Assembly (NCBI GenBank): GCA_963664015.2
Contig: CAXXLF010000002.1
Span: 2,183,816-2,247,815, forward strand
Direction: 5' to 3'
DNA from: Candidatus Binatia bacterium
Lineage (GTDB): Bacteria; Desulfobacterota; Binatia; UBA9968; CAXXLF01
DNA: 64,000 bases
Numbering within the stretch: position 1 is the first letter of the stretch; each line of letters opens with the position of its first letter. Under the pieces are notes generated by a model. That model ran no database searches, was not told where the DNA came from, and saw nothing but the letters and a program-made list of their open reading frames with translations. Below, piece after piece: positions 22,953-31,992 of this stretch. A program made the position numbers and the translations under genes.

Positions 22953-24071
22953 CTATTTGCTATTTTGAGAGTTTTTGATTGCCTTATTGCGGGGAGCAGA
23001 GGGCTTGGTGGGGCTGCCGTTTCTGTTTTTATCGTTCACAAGAGGCTGGGCGCGGACTCCTGCCTTGTCCAATGCCTGAAGGATGTCCGCCTCGATCTTC
23101 TGTAACATCCCTACTCGTTGCCGCCGCGAGACCTTGACTCTACCGCCGGCGATCATACCATGTCCCCCTGCGGAACCCGACGGGAGCAGCGAGTCGAGGA
23201 GGCGTCCGGCTTGTGCCTCCGGATCCCTTGTGCGCATGGACACATAAATAAAATCATCGTGGGGGGCTAAGCACACGGACCACGTTGCAGTCTCCAGCCG
23301 CATCAGATAGTCGGCTACTTCGGCGACGGCGTCCGGATAGGGAGTCGAGTCCAGAACGGTAACGACTGTGTCACCGTATTGGAGTGCACTGTTTAACGCC
23401 TGAGCAATGACGCGATAGTAGGTCGGGGTGAGCTGGGGAGTCTGGATGTCGCCGAGGAGGCGTTTGTTCACGTAGGGATAAAGGAATTGACTGGCGACGA
23501 TGTCGTGGGGCCTGGTCTCCCGTCCCAAATGCTGGGTCTCCGAAGAGATGCCGTAGAACAGGGCCGTGGCGATGCGCGGGTCAAGAGGGACCTCCGCATG
23601 CTGGAGATATTCGGTGACGATGGTGGATGTGGCCCCATAACTTTCCCGAATATCTACGAAGGTCACGTCTCCGTTCTTACCCCAATCCGGATGATGGTCG
23701 ATAATGGCGGTTGGTGTGATCTCGGCTGGAAGCGCATTATTCCCCCGTTGCGGCTGGGAATCCACTAGAACGACGGATCCCGAAAAGTTGGGGAGGAGTT
23801 CACTCACCGGTACGAGGGGAATTCCCAGGATGGTCACCAGGGAACGGTTCTCCGACCGGCCGATGATACCGCTTAACCCGATCACGGCGATCTTGCCGAG
23901 ATTGTGGCGGATTAAAAACCGTAGTGCAGCAGCACTGGCGAGGGAATCGGGATCTGGGTTGTCATGGGGAAGTATGAGAATTTTCTTCGAAGATTGGAGA
24001 ACAGAAAGAAATTCTCTTACCCCACCCCCTATCTCTGGCGGTGCCGGGCTCTTTTCCGTAGGATCTTTCAA
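22953..24071 (-). CDS. DHH-family phosphoesterase (DHH/DHHA1)
   Basis: HDNPDPDSLAS, LVDSQ, IIDHHP, GATSTIV, YGISSET, AGGHGMIAGG. Confidence 0.92.
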   Translation of the reverse strand: MKDPTEKSPAPPEIGGGVREFLSVLQSSKKILILPHDNPDPDSLASAAALRFLIRHNLGKIAVIGLSGIIGRSENRSLVTILGIPLVPVSELLPNFSGSVVLVDSQPQRGNNALPAEITPTAIIDHHPDWGKNGDVTFVDIRESYGATSTIVTEYLQHAEVPLDPRIATALFYGISSETQHLGRETRPHDIVASQFLYPYVNKRLLGDIQTPQLTPTYYRVIAQALNSALQYGDTVVTVLDSTPYPDAVAEVADYLMRLETATWSVCLAPHDDFIYVSMRTRDPEAQAGRLLDSLLPSGSAGGHGMIAGGRVKVSRRQRVGMLQKIEADILQALDKAGVRAQPLVNDKNRNGSPTKPSAPRNKAIKNSQNSK

Positions 24072-24124
24072 TCAACAGCCTTTTCGTGAATATTATTGGT
24101 TTGATCGCAGACGCCGGGCTAACC

Positions 24125-24547
24125 TTATTGCAGAACCTGTTCCTTAATGTTTGGTTCAGTGGGGCCTGGGGGAGGTGGGGTCCCGCTTGTCGATTGGCGT
24201 GGGGGCTCTTTTTTTCGCACCCGTCCGATCCCAGGATTTTCGAGGAATGCCTTATAGTTTTTTCGAGCTAACGTTATGCTATCACCTGTGGCCACAAGGA
24301 TGTCAATTTCGGTAATCTTTTCTTTGAATGTGGCCAGAATCGCTCCCTCAGCGGTATGAATTGTAAGGATTAGCCGGTCGGCTTCCTTTTGCTTCGTTGC
24401 AACTTTACCCTCAATACCGTCTATCCCGCCCCCCATATTGGCGGGAAGATAAGGTCCCATAAACCTCGGAGCAAATATCGTTATGACAACCCCGAGAACG
24501 AGGCCTCCTACGAAGCTCCCGGCAAATCCCCAAAGATGTTGCATCAC
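24125..24547 (-). CDS. Hypothetical single-TM protein
   Basis: 140-aa ORF with N-terminal hydrophobic segment, co-oriented and closely spaced with neighbours. Confidence 0.65.
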   Translation of the reverse strand: MMQHLWGFAGSFVGGLVLGVVITIFAPRFMGPYLPANMGGGIDGIEGKVATKQKEADRLILTIHTAEGAILATFKEKITEIDILVATGDSITLARKNYKAFLENPGIGRVRKKEPPRQSTSGTPPPPGPTEPNIKEQVLQ

Positions 24548-24550
24548 GAA

Positions 24551-24802
24551 TCACTCTGGTTTCTTCAGTGAGTCGGGTTCGTTCCCTCTATCCTCGCGCG
24601 TGGGCTCTTTCCTTTCTCCGCTACCGCGCAGCATTTTTTCGAATCGGTTCAGAACATTGGCTGTGCGCTCTCTCACCGTCTCCGTCCGTATGTTGAGGTT
24701 GTCAACTTCCTGCCGCAATTCTTTGATTCCACCTGTCCTCTGAAATGCAATAATCCCAATCACCAGGGCGAAAATTGCAATAATTAGCGTTATTCCTTCC
24801 AT
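24551..24802 (-). CDS. Hypothetical small protein (TM + coiled coil)
   Basis: GGAGG RBS, 83 aa with TM followed by heptad-like segment. Confidence 0.7.
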   Translation of the reverse strand: MEGITLIIAIFALVIGIIAFQRTGGIKELRQEVDNLNIRTETVRERTANVLNRFEKMLRGSGERKEPTREDRGNEPDSLKKPE

Positions 24803-24958
24803 CGGTTCCTCCCGTGGTGCATCAGGTGGCCCACAAACCCCGAATCATTGATCGGAGCCTGATAGGTCAGTACAGACCACCTCTTAAAAGAGTATCTGAT
24901 TATGAGCCGGCAAGTCAATCTGATGTTTATCTGATCGCGGAAGCTTAATGCGTTGGAA

Positions 24959-25162
24959 TTACCATCTCTTATGGCGTTTGAGCTCGCTTAGCATCCATCC
25001 GAGAATGATCTCGACAACGAGAAGTGAAAAAATCATCAGTGCCCTGGGCATCGAAAGTTTCCAGAGTAGAAGGCGAAGCTAAACGATTTCAGCATTTTGT
25101 AGTGTAAAGAGGACAATGAGGCCGGATAAAATAAGAGCTAGCGTTAGCTTCACGTTGGACAA
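24959..25162 (-). pseudogene. LapA/DUF1049-like small membrane protein with internal TAG (not in ORF track)
   Basis: Manual translation MSNVKLTLALILSGLIVLFTLQNAEIV*LRLLLWKLSMPRALMIFSLLVVEIILGWMLSELKRHKRW*; F..QN...V.L..L.W pattern typical of LapA domain. Confidence 0.7.
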
Positions 25163-25270
25163 TTTTTCCCCTGTTTCGGGTCCATGAGATAGAAGGGTGC
25201 CGAAAAAAGATCTTCTTTGGGGCCTATTCTAGCGCTTATAAACCTTGGGGCAAGAAAATGATATGCTGTA

Positions 25271-25286
25271 TGGTACTTTTCTTGCA
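25271..25286 (+). promoter_or_regulatory. Candidate sigma54 (-24/-12) promoter upstream of cdaA
   Basis: TGGTACTTTTCTTGCA: GG-N10-GC spacing with TGG..TTGC consensus. Confidence 0.5.
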
Positions 25287-25443
25287 CGTCCGCGTTATGG
25301 TATTCTGATGAGAATGGTTTAAAATTCAAAGCGGTAAGAACTCCAAAGGGTTGCGCGAAGGTTCCTCAGCCAGTTCCCAGTGCTGATTCCTTCGTAATGT
25401 TGGCGAGTTGCGGTGCCTATTCCACTCGCAGGAAAATCGAAAT

Positions 25444-26238
25444 ATGTCCTTTTTCTCAATCCAGATCGGGTTCACAGACATCGTCGACATCTCCTTCGTA
25501 ACTGTATTATTGTACACTGCAATAGTCTGGTTCAAACGAACCCGTGCAACCCTCGTGTTCGTTGGCATCTTTATTCTCGGGGCCGTCTATATATTTGCCC
25601 GCCAGCTTGATTTACAGCTGACGACATGGATTCTACAGGGCTTTTTCGCCATCTTCTTGATCATTATCGTTGTGATCTTCCAGGAAGAATTGAGGCAGAT
25701 CTTCGAGCGTCTCGCCATATGGAGCCTAGGGAGACAAGATACGCCCACCGTACGGTCTGAGACCATCGATATCATTGTTGGTACGCTGACGGATCTAGCC
25801 AAGGATCGGATTGGGGCCCTTATCGTTTTGCCCGGTAATCAACCCATCGAACGGCACATCAACGGTGGCATCGAATTGGACGGGAGGCTCAGTGAGAACC
25901 TTCTCAAAAGCATCTTTGATCCCAATTCGCCCGGCCACGATGGTGCCATAATCATGGATAGAGACCGGATCTCAAGGTTTGCGGCCCAGTTGCCGCTCTC
26001 CAAAGATTTTCGACAGCTAACGAAGGTAGGGACCCGGCATAGTGCGGCACTGGGGCTTGCCGAGTTGAGTGATGCCCTTTGCCTTGTTGTTTCTGAGGAA
26101 AAAGGACGGGTTTCCGTGGCCATGGATGGGAAGCTTCGTCCCATCGACAACCTCCAGGAGCTGGGCTCTCTGGTTCAGGGATTCTTAAAAGACAAGTTCC
26201 CATCCAGGAGCTGGGCTCTCTGGTTCAGGGATTCTTAA
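25444..26238 (+). CDS. cdaA: Diadenylate cyclase CdaA (3 TM + DisA_N), C-terminally truncated by tandem duplication
   Basis: DIVDI, VIFQEELR, IGALIV, SIF..SPGHDGA (DGA motif), GTRHSAALGL (RHR-like), LVVSEEKG. Confidence 0.9.
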   Translation: MSFFSIQIGFTDIVDISFVTVLLYTAIVWFKRTRATLVFVGIFILGAVYIFARQLDLQLTTWILQGFFAIFLIIIVVIFQEELRQIFERLAIWSLGRQDTPTVRSETIDIIVGTLTDLAKDRIGALIVLPGNQPIERHINGGIELDGRLSENLLKSIFDPNSPGHDGAIIMDRDRISRFAAQLPLSKDFRQLTKVGTRHSAALGLAELSDALCLVVSEEKGRVSVAMDGKLRPIDNLQELGSLVQGFLKDKFPSRSWALWFRDS

Positions 26239-26256
26239 AAGACAAGTTCCCATCCA
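26153..26256. repeat. Exact 50-bp tandem duplication with TCCA microhomology
   Basis: tccaggagctgggctctctggttcagggattcttaaaagacaagttccca occurs twice back-to-back, followed by tcca. Confidence 0.97.
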
Positions 26257-26294
26257 ATGGTCCGGTATCGAGGCAGCTGCTGCGTGAAAACTGG

Positions 26295-26663
26295 GTGGAG
26301 AAGGCGGTGTCTCTCTCTCTGGCCATCGGCCTTTGGTATGTCTTTATCCCGGGTTCCAAAATTTTGGATGTGACCTACCAAGTCCCTGTACGTATCGAGC
26401 ATCTCCCTGCGGAGATGACCCTAGAGAAAATCGATCCGCCCAATGTCAGTGTGACTTTCGGAGCGATTAATCGAGCCTTCTATTTGTTCGAACCGCAAAA
26501 ACTAGAGGCCAAGGTTGATGCTTCCCTGGCAGTGCTGGGACGCAGGACCTTCCAAATCTCAGCAGAGGATCTCAACTATCCCAAAAATCTCACCGTGAAA
26601 GAGCTCACACCTGACAGCATCAAGATTTCTGTTAGAACAAACGGCAAAAAAAATGGGACATAG
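26295..26663 (+). CDS. YbbR/CdaR-like TM + extracytoplasmic domain (detached C-terminus of CdaA fusion)
   Basis: NWVEKAVSLSLAIGLWY..VPVRIEHLP..P.NVSVT..G; in frame with cdaA once 50 bp are removed. Confidence 0.75.
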   Translation: MEKAVSLSLAIGLWYVFIPGSKILDVTYQVPVRIEHLPAEMTLEKIDPPNVSVTFGAINRAFYLFEPQKLEAKVDASLAVLGRRTFQISAEDLNYPKNLTVKELTPDSIKISVRTNGKKNGT

Positions 26664-26852
26664 TCCGATCCGACACATTTCGGGTCTGAAAGATTGTTGC
26701 TCACAAGTGCTGGATAATCAGCGGTGCGCGACGTTCATTCCCGTCCTAGTCGCAACCAAGACGTATTAGACAAAGCGTCTCCAAGATTCTAACTCGTTTA
26801 AGCTGAGGTACGATCACCGGCCTGGGCAGATTGAGGCTTGGTACATCTTCAT

Positions 26853-27620
26853 TTATTCCGCCAGTTGCGAAGCAGCAGCTTCGTCTACCAGCCAGATGAG
26901 TTGGCCGGCAGAGGGATGGATCAACTGGGCCGGAAATCTTCCGGTGTCGGTGGGACCGTCAAGCACGGCATGAAGGGCTTCTGCCTTGTCCTCCCCCGCG
27001 ACCAAGAACAGGACAGTCCTGCCACAGTTCAAAATATGCGCAGTGAGTGTAAAGCGGTCCGTCTTAAGTTGCGGAACCGGGTTACAGACAACCCAACGTT
27101 TATTTTCCCCCACGGCCTCCGTATGGGGGAATAGGGATGCGGTATGACCGTCGGGTCCCAGGCCTAGTAATATCAAATCGAAGGCGGGGGGCTTTCCATC
27201 GGCCGAATGCTCGAAGTAACGGGCAATCTCCCGTTGGTAGTCCTGGGCCGCCTCGGACCGATCCTCGCTTTCGACTTTATACCTGTGGATCTGGGTCTCG
27301 GCACATGGAAGTTTTCCAATCATTGCCCGGTAGGCAAGACGGAAATTCGAATCCGGGTGGTCGATGGGAACCGTTCTTTCGTCGCCCCAGAAAAATTCCA
27401 CCCGACTCCAGTCGATATCATTCCGGAATGGTTCACTCGCTAGCAACCGATAAAGCTGTTGGGGAGTCGCTCCACCGGAGAGGACTACTGTAAACTTCTC
27501 CCGATGGGCGATTGCGTCTCTGGCACACTGGGTAAATTTCTCTGCGGCGCCACGACTTAAGATCTCGGCGTTCGCATACCGTTGGACCTTTGGCCTGGGT
27601 TGGGTCAAGCCGGTGGCCAT
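26853..27620 (-). CDS. pgl: 6-phosphogluconolactonase
   Basis: LSGGATP, FWGDERTVP..PDSN, FDLILLGLGPDGHTASLFP. Confidence 0.95.
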   Translation of the reverse strand: MATGLTQPRPKVQRYANAEILSRGAAEKFTQCARDAIAHREKFTVVLSGGATPQQLYRLLASEPFRNDIDWSRVEFFWGDERTVPIDHPDSNFRLAYRAMIGKLPCAETQIHRYKVESEDRSEAAQDYQREIARYFEHSADGKPPAFDLILLGLGPDGHTASLFPHTEAVGENKRWVVCNPVPQLKTDRFTLTAHILNCGRTVLFLVAGEDKAEALHAVLDGPTDTGRFPAQLIHPSAGQLIWLVDEAAASQLAE

Positions 27621-27641
27621 GGGTTTCGCATTTCTTGAATT

Positions 27642-28625
27642 TTAATCACCGGAGGGAGGTTCCACGTGGCCGCCGAACTTCTGGCGCATGGCGGACAGTA
27701 TCTTCTCTGCAAACGTGTGATCCTGGCGCGAGCGAAACCGGGCGTACAGGGCTGCTGAAAGGACATCCGCGGGGACGGCTGATTCCACCGCTGCCTGCAC
27801 GGTCCAACGTCCCTCGCCCGAATCCTGCACGAAACCCGAATAGTTGGAAAGGGAGGGGTCCTCAATCAAGGCGGCCGCCGTAAGATCTAGAAGCCATGAA
27901 CTGACCACGCTCCCGCGGCGCCAGACCTCCGCAATGTTCGCGATGTTGAGATCGTAACGTTGATCCTCCGAAAGTTCCTCGGAGTTGGCATTGCGCATAA
28001 TATCAAATCCCTCGGCGTAGGCCTGCATAAGGCCGTATTCGATGCCGTTATGAACCATCTTGACGAAATGGCCGGATCCCGCCGGACCGCAGTACAGGTA
28101 TCCTTCCTCGGCACTGCCGCTGGTTTTCTCTCGTCCCGGCGTGCGTGGGATTTTCCCACGCCCCGGCGCCAGGGTCTTGAAAAGGGGGTCCAATTTTTGG
28201 ACTACCTCCTTGTGCCCTCCGATCATCATGCAATACCCGCGTTCCAGACCCCATACCCCACCGCTGGTTCCGACGTCTACGTATTGGATTCCCTTCGAGT
28301 GTAAACTCTTGGCTCGCCGAATATCGTCCTTGTAATATGAATTACCGCCGTCAATGATGACGTCTCCGGACTCGAGTCTTTCCGCAAGGGCGTGAATGGT
28401 CTTTTCCGTGGGGTCGCCCGCAGGAACCATCACCCAGGCCGCGCGCGGCTTGGACAGTTTAGCGACAAAATCGTCCAGCGACGCGGCTCCCCCGGATCCT
28501 TCTTTCTCCAGTTCCCTGACGTTGTCAGGGTTCAGATCAAAGGAGACACAGGAATGCCCCCCCTGTAACAACCGTCGGACAATGTTTCCTCCCATGCGGC
28601 CTAAGCCTACCATCCCTAGTTCCAT
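27642..28625 (-). CDS. gnd: 6-phosphogluconate dehydrogenase, decarboxylating (short YqeC type)
   Basis: [54 protein letters not shown]. Confidence 0.96.
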   Translation of the reverse strand: MELGMVGLGRMGGNIVRRLLQGGHSCVSFDLNPDNVRELEKEGSGGAASLDDFVAKLSKPRAAWVMVPAGDPTEKTIHALAERLESGDVIIDGGNSYYKDDIRRAKSLHSKGIQYVDVGTSGGVWGLERGYCMMIGGHKEVVQKLDPLFKTLAPGRGKIPRTPGREKTSGSAEEGYLYCGPAGSGHFVKMVHNGIEYGLMQAYAEGFDIMRNANSEELSEDQRYDLNIANIAEVWRRGSVVSSWLLDLTAAALIEDPSLSNYSGFVQDSGEGRWTVQAAVESAVPADVLSAALYARFRSRQDHTFAEKILSAMRQKFGGHVEPPSGD

Positions 28626-28758
28626 AATGTTTGAATCCTTTCGGTGTCTCAGGTTTGTTTCGTTGCTTGCTTTGTCGTTGGGGTGGTCTGCGCCCAACCG
28701 ATCTAAACGAACTCAAGGTCATCCCCGTTGAGTTCGGGCATATGGAGAGAGAACGCCC

Positions 28759-30141
28759 TCACTCCTGTATCATCACCTTATTGTAGCCGTCCAGTGCTGC
28801 CACTCTGTAGCACTCGGCCAGGGTAGGGTAGTTAAAGGTATTTTCGATAAAATAGTCGATGGACCCATCAAAGGCCAGGATCGCTTGACCGATGTGGATG
28901 AGCTCCGTGGCCCCCTGGCCAATGGCATGAACGCCTAATAATTTGCGTGAATCCTGGTGGAAGAGGAGTTTGAGCATGCCGACTTGATCTCCGAGAATCT
29001 GACCGCGGGCGATCTCGCGGTATCGGGCAATGCCGATCTCGTATGGAACGCCCTCCTCGGTTAGTTGTTTTTCATTTTTCCCGACCATGGAGATCTCCGG
29101 GACCGTGTATATCCCATAGGGTATCAGGTTGTCGCGGTGATAGGTGGAGATGCCAAAGGCATGACAGGCGGCCAGTCGTCCCTGTTCCATTGAAGTGGAA
29201 GCAAGACTGGGAAACCCAATGACATCTCCCGCCGCGTAGACATGGGGCAGCTTTGTTTGATAATGCTCATTGACCAGGATCCGGCCTCTGAAGTCACGTT
29301 CGATGCCGACAGATTCAAGTCTCAGTTCGTCGGTCGAGCCCTGGCGCCCCACCGCATAAAGTAGAGCATCCGACAGGAGTTTCTTGCCGCCTTTTAGCGT
29401 GGTCCGTACCTTTCCCCTGGACGTCTTGTTCACGGAGACGACCTGTTTGCTGAAGTACAAAGTCATACCGATATTGCGCATGTGGTACGAAAGGGCTTCA
29501 GCAATCTCGGCGTCGACAAAATCCAGTAGACGGGGCCTCTGATCGATGAGAGTTACCTCGATGTCGAGCAGGGCCAGTATGCTGGCGTATTCGGCACCGA
29601 TGACTCCCGCGCCCACGACTACTAGGCTGCGGGGAAGTTTCTTGAGTTGAATGAGTCCGTCCGCATCTACAATAAGATTGTTCTCAAAGGGAATAACGTC
29701 TGGGCGGGCGGGAACGGTTCCCGTGGCTATCAGGATAGTGTCGGCGCTCAACTCCTGGTCCGAATCACGGATCTTCAACTTGTGAGCGTCAACAAAAAAG
29801 GCGTGACCTTCTACGATCTCGACCCGGTTCCTGTAGAGCTGGTCGAGAACCACCCGCGTCTCGCTTTCGACGACCTCTGAGCAACGGGCCATCAGGTCCT
29901 GAAGGGTAAGGTCTTTTTTGGCTCGGGTGGAATAGGCTTGTCGATGATAGAAGCCGGTATAGTGGAGCACCGCTTCGCGCAGCGTCTTGCTGGGTATGGC
30001 ACCCCGTTGAAGGCAGACTCCCCCCACCGAATTGGAACGGTCGATGATGGTGACCCGTTTCCCGAGCTTGGCTCCCTGGATGGCCGCTTTTTGCCCAGCA
30101 GGACCCGACCCGATGACCGCTAGGTCGTAGTGCTCCGTCAT
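28759..30141 (-). CDS. sthA: Soluble (Si-specific) NAD(P)+ transhydrogenase
   Basis: IGSGPAGQKAAIQ, IPSKTLREA, GDVIGFPSLASTSMEQGR, PYGIYTVPEIS, FNYPTLAECY. Confidence 0.93.
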   Translation of the reverse strand: MTEHYDLAVIGSGPAGQKAAIQGAKLGKRVTIIDRSNSVGGVCLQRGAIPSKTLREAVLHYTGFYHRQAYSTRAKKDLTLQDLMARCSEVVESETRVVLDQLYRNRVEIVEGHAFFVDAHKLKIRDSDQELSADTILIATGTVPARPDVIPFENNLIVDADGLIQLKKLPRSLVVVGAGVIGAEYASILALLDIEVTLIDQRPRLLDFVDAEIAEALSYHMRNIGMTLYFSKQVVSVNKTSRGKVRTTLKGGKKLLSDALLYAVGRQGSTDELRLESVGIERDFRGRILVNEHYQTKLPHVYAAGDVIGFPSLASTSMEQGRLAACHAFGISTYHRDNLIPYGIYTVPEISMVGKNEKQLTEEGVPYEIGIARYREIARGQILGDQVGMLKLLFHQDSRKLLGVHAIGQGATELIHIGQAILAFDGSIDYFIENTFNYPTLAECYRVAALDGYNKVMIQE

Positions 30142-30154
30142 GGGATTGAACTAT

Positions 30155-30676
30155 TCATGAGTGCCATTGGTGAAGAGAATGAGGAATCGGCCTGTGGGGC
30201 CGCTGAAAGAACCTGAACTGGTCTTGACTGGACGGTGGGAGGGGCAAAGGCCTGCGAAGCTGCCTCCGCGCCTCGCGAGAGGCAACTTGGATCCGTACAA
30301 TGGCACGGTGCAGGGCTGCCTCCGTGGCGGTGAATTCCTTGTCCTCACGGTCCAAATCCTCTATCTTCTTTTCCGCCCTTAACTGCGCATTTTTGGCCCG
30401 TTCGACATCGATTTCATTGGCGTACTCGGCGGCATTGGCGAGGACAGTCATTACGTTGTCCAGGACCTCCGCATAGCCCCCGCTCAGCGCGAGCTTGACC
30501 CTTTCGGATCCGTTTTTAAAACTCATTTCGCCGACCTCCAGTGAGGTCAAGAATGTGATGTGATCGGGTAGGATCCCTAGCTCCCCGGTAGCCCCGGGGA
30601 CCGTAACCTCGTCTACCTCCTGGTCCAGCAGGAGACGGCTGGGTGTCACCAATTTTAGTCGAACTCTGTCTGCCAT
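30155..30676 (-). CDS. atpC: F-type ATP synthase epsilon subunit (orphan, with C-terminal extension)
   Basis: LVTPSR, VPGATGELGILPDH, LSGGYAEV, IDVERAKNA, LHRAIVR. Confidence 0.9.
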   Translation of the reverse strand: MADRVRLKLVTPSRLLLDQEVDEVTVPGATGELGILPDHITFLTSLEVGEMSFKNGSERVKLALSGGYAEVLDNVMTVLANAAEYANEIDVERAKNAQLRAEKKIEDLDREDKEFTATEAALHRAIVRIQVASREARRQLRRPLPLPPSSQDQFRFFQRPHRPIPHSLHQWHS

Positions 30677-30906
30677 AGCTTCATCCTGGGAATTTGATTG
30701 GGTAGCAATCCACCTCTAGGCCGTCTGTGTCCAGAGAGCGATTCTAAGGGATGGCTGGACAGCGGTCAATAGGGGAGACGATTTTTTTGTCCGCACCTGA
30801 AAAGCCAGTAGGGGCGGTAAAATCCATTGTAATATTTCATTATTATTTCTTGACGGGATATTGAGTAAGGGGGAAAATAGGTAATTATCTCAAGCGTTTT
30901 TAAGAT

Positions 30907-31248
30907 ATGAGAATGAAGCCGTCGGAGACAGCATTGCCACGCGTAATCATTGCTGGGGGCAAACTTGAGATCAATGATGGGCGCTATGCCACGAAGCGGG
31001 TGGTGGGCGATCTTTTAGTGGTTGAGGCGGACATCTTTGCCGACAGTCAGGACGCTCTTTCGGCCGTGTTTCGGTATCGCCGTGAAGGCTATGGGGAGTG
31101 GCTTGAAGCTCCCATGCATCCCCTGACCAATGACCGTTGGCGTGGGGAATTTACGCTTTCCGAGATCGGCCGTTATCGCTATACCCTGCGGGCGTGGGTC
31201 GATCCGTTCAGGTCGTGGCGCCAGGGGCTGATCAAGAAAGTCGGTGCC
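30907..31248 (+). pseudogene. glgE: Second GlgE N-terminal remnant (DUF3416-like)
   Basis: PRVII..EINDGRY..KRVVGD..EADIFAD..NDRWRGEF..GRYRYT..AWVDPF; similarity stops after KKVGA. Confidence 0.85.
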
Positions 31249-31898
31249 AAATGGCCGCTGCGATTATTGAAACGCTTCAAAGCACGAAACAAAACGTGTT
31301 GATCCAGAAGTTTGTTGCCAAAAGCAAAGGGCAGGATATCCGGGCGTTAGTCGTGGGAAATCGTGTTATTGCGGCTATGCGGCGCCGTGCCCAGGGTCAA
31401 GAGTTTCGAAGCAACGTCCACCGTGGTGGGAAAACGGAGGCGGTCAAGCTGGAACCGGCCTTCGAGCAGACCGCCGTGCGTGCAACCCAGTTATTAGGAC
31501 TGCATGTGGGGGGCGTGGATATGCTGGAAGGGAACCAAGGCCCCATGGTTATGGAGGTCAACTCGTCGCCTGGTCTCGAGGGGATCGAGGCGGCTACGTG
31601 TGTCGACGTAGCCGGCGCTATCGTCGAATACATGGAGCAACAGGTGCTGTTCCCAGAGATAGACTTGCGTCAGCGATTGACCCTCGAGGAGGGGTATGGA
31701 GTTGGGGAATTCGTGGTTACCAAACAATCACGCCTGGCGGGTGTGTCCATTGCTAAAAGCGGTCTTCGTGAAGAGGATGTCCTCGTGTTGAGCATCGACC
31801 GAGATCGTACCGTCATCCCAATACCGCAGGGGGTCCATGTGATCCAGGCCGGATAGACCCTTCTATGTTTCGGCAAGCTGTCGGCATTAAAAAAGTAG
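31249..31898 (+). pseudogene. rimK: RimK-family alpha-L-glutamate ligase C-terminal half fused to TrkA-C domain; 5' part deleted, in-frame TAG at 31854
   Basis: LIQKFV..KGQDIRALVVG, EFRSNVHRGG, GVDML, MEVNSSPGLEGIE; then SRLAG..SGLR..VLSIDR..IP....IQAG*TLLCFG (RCK_C). Confidence 0.85.
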
Positions 31899-31992
31899 AA
31901 CCCGGTGAAGCGTGTAAGGAAACGCAGGGTTAAGAAGTAAGAACGGCCGTGCATCCAAACGGCAACTGTTCCAGACCCAAAGCCCAGTGCAT

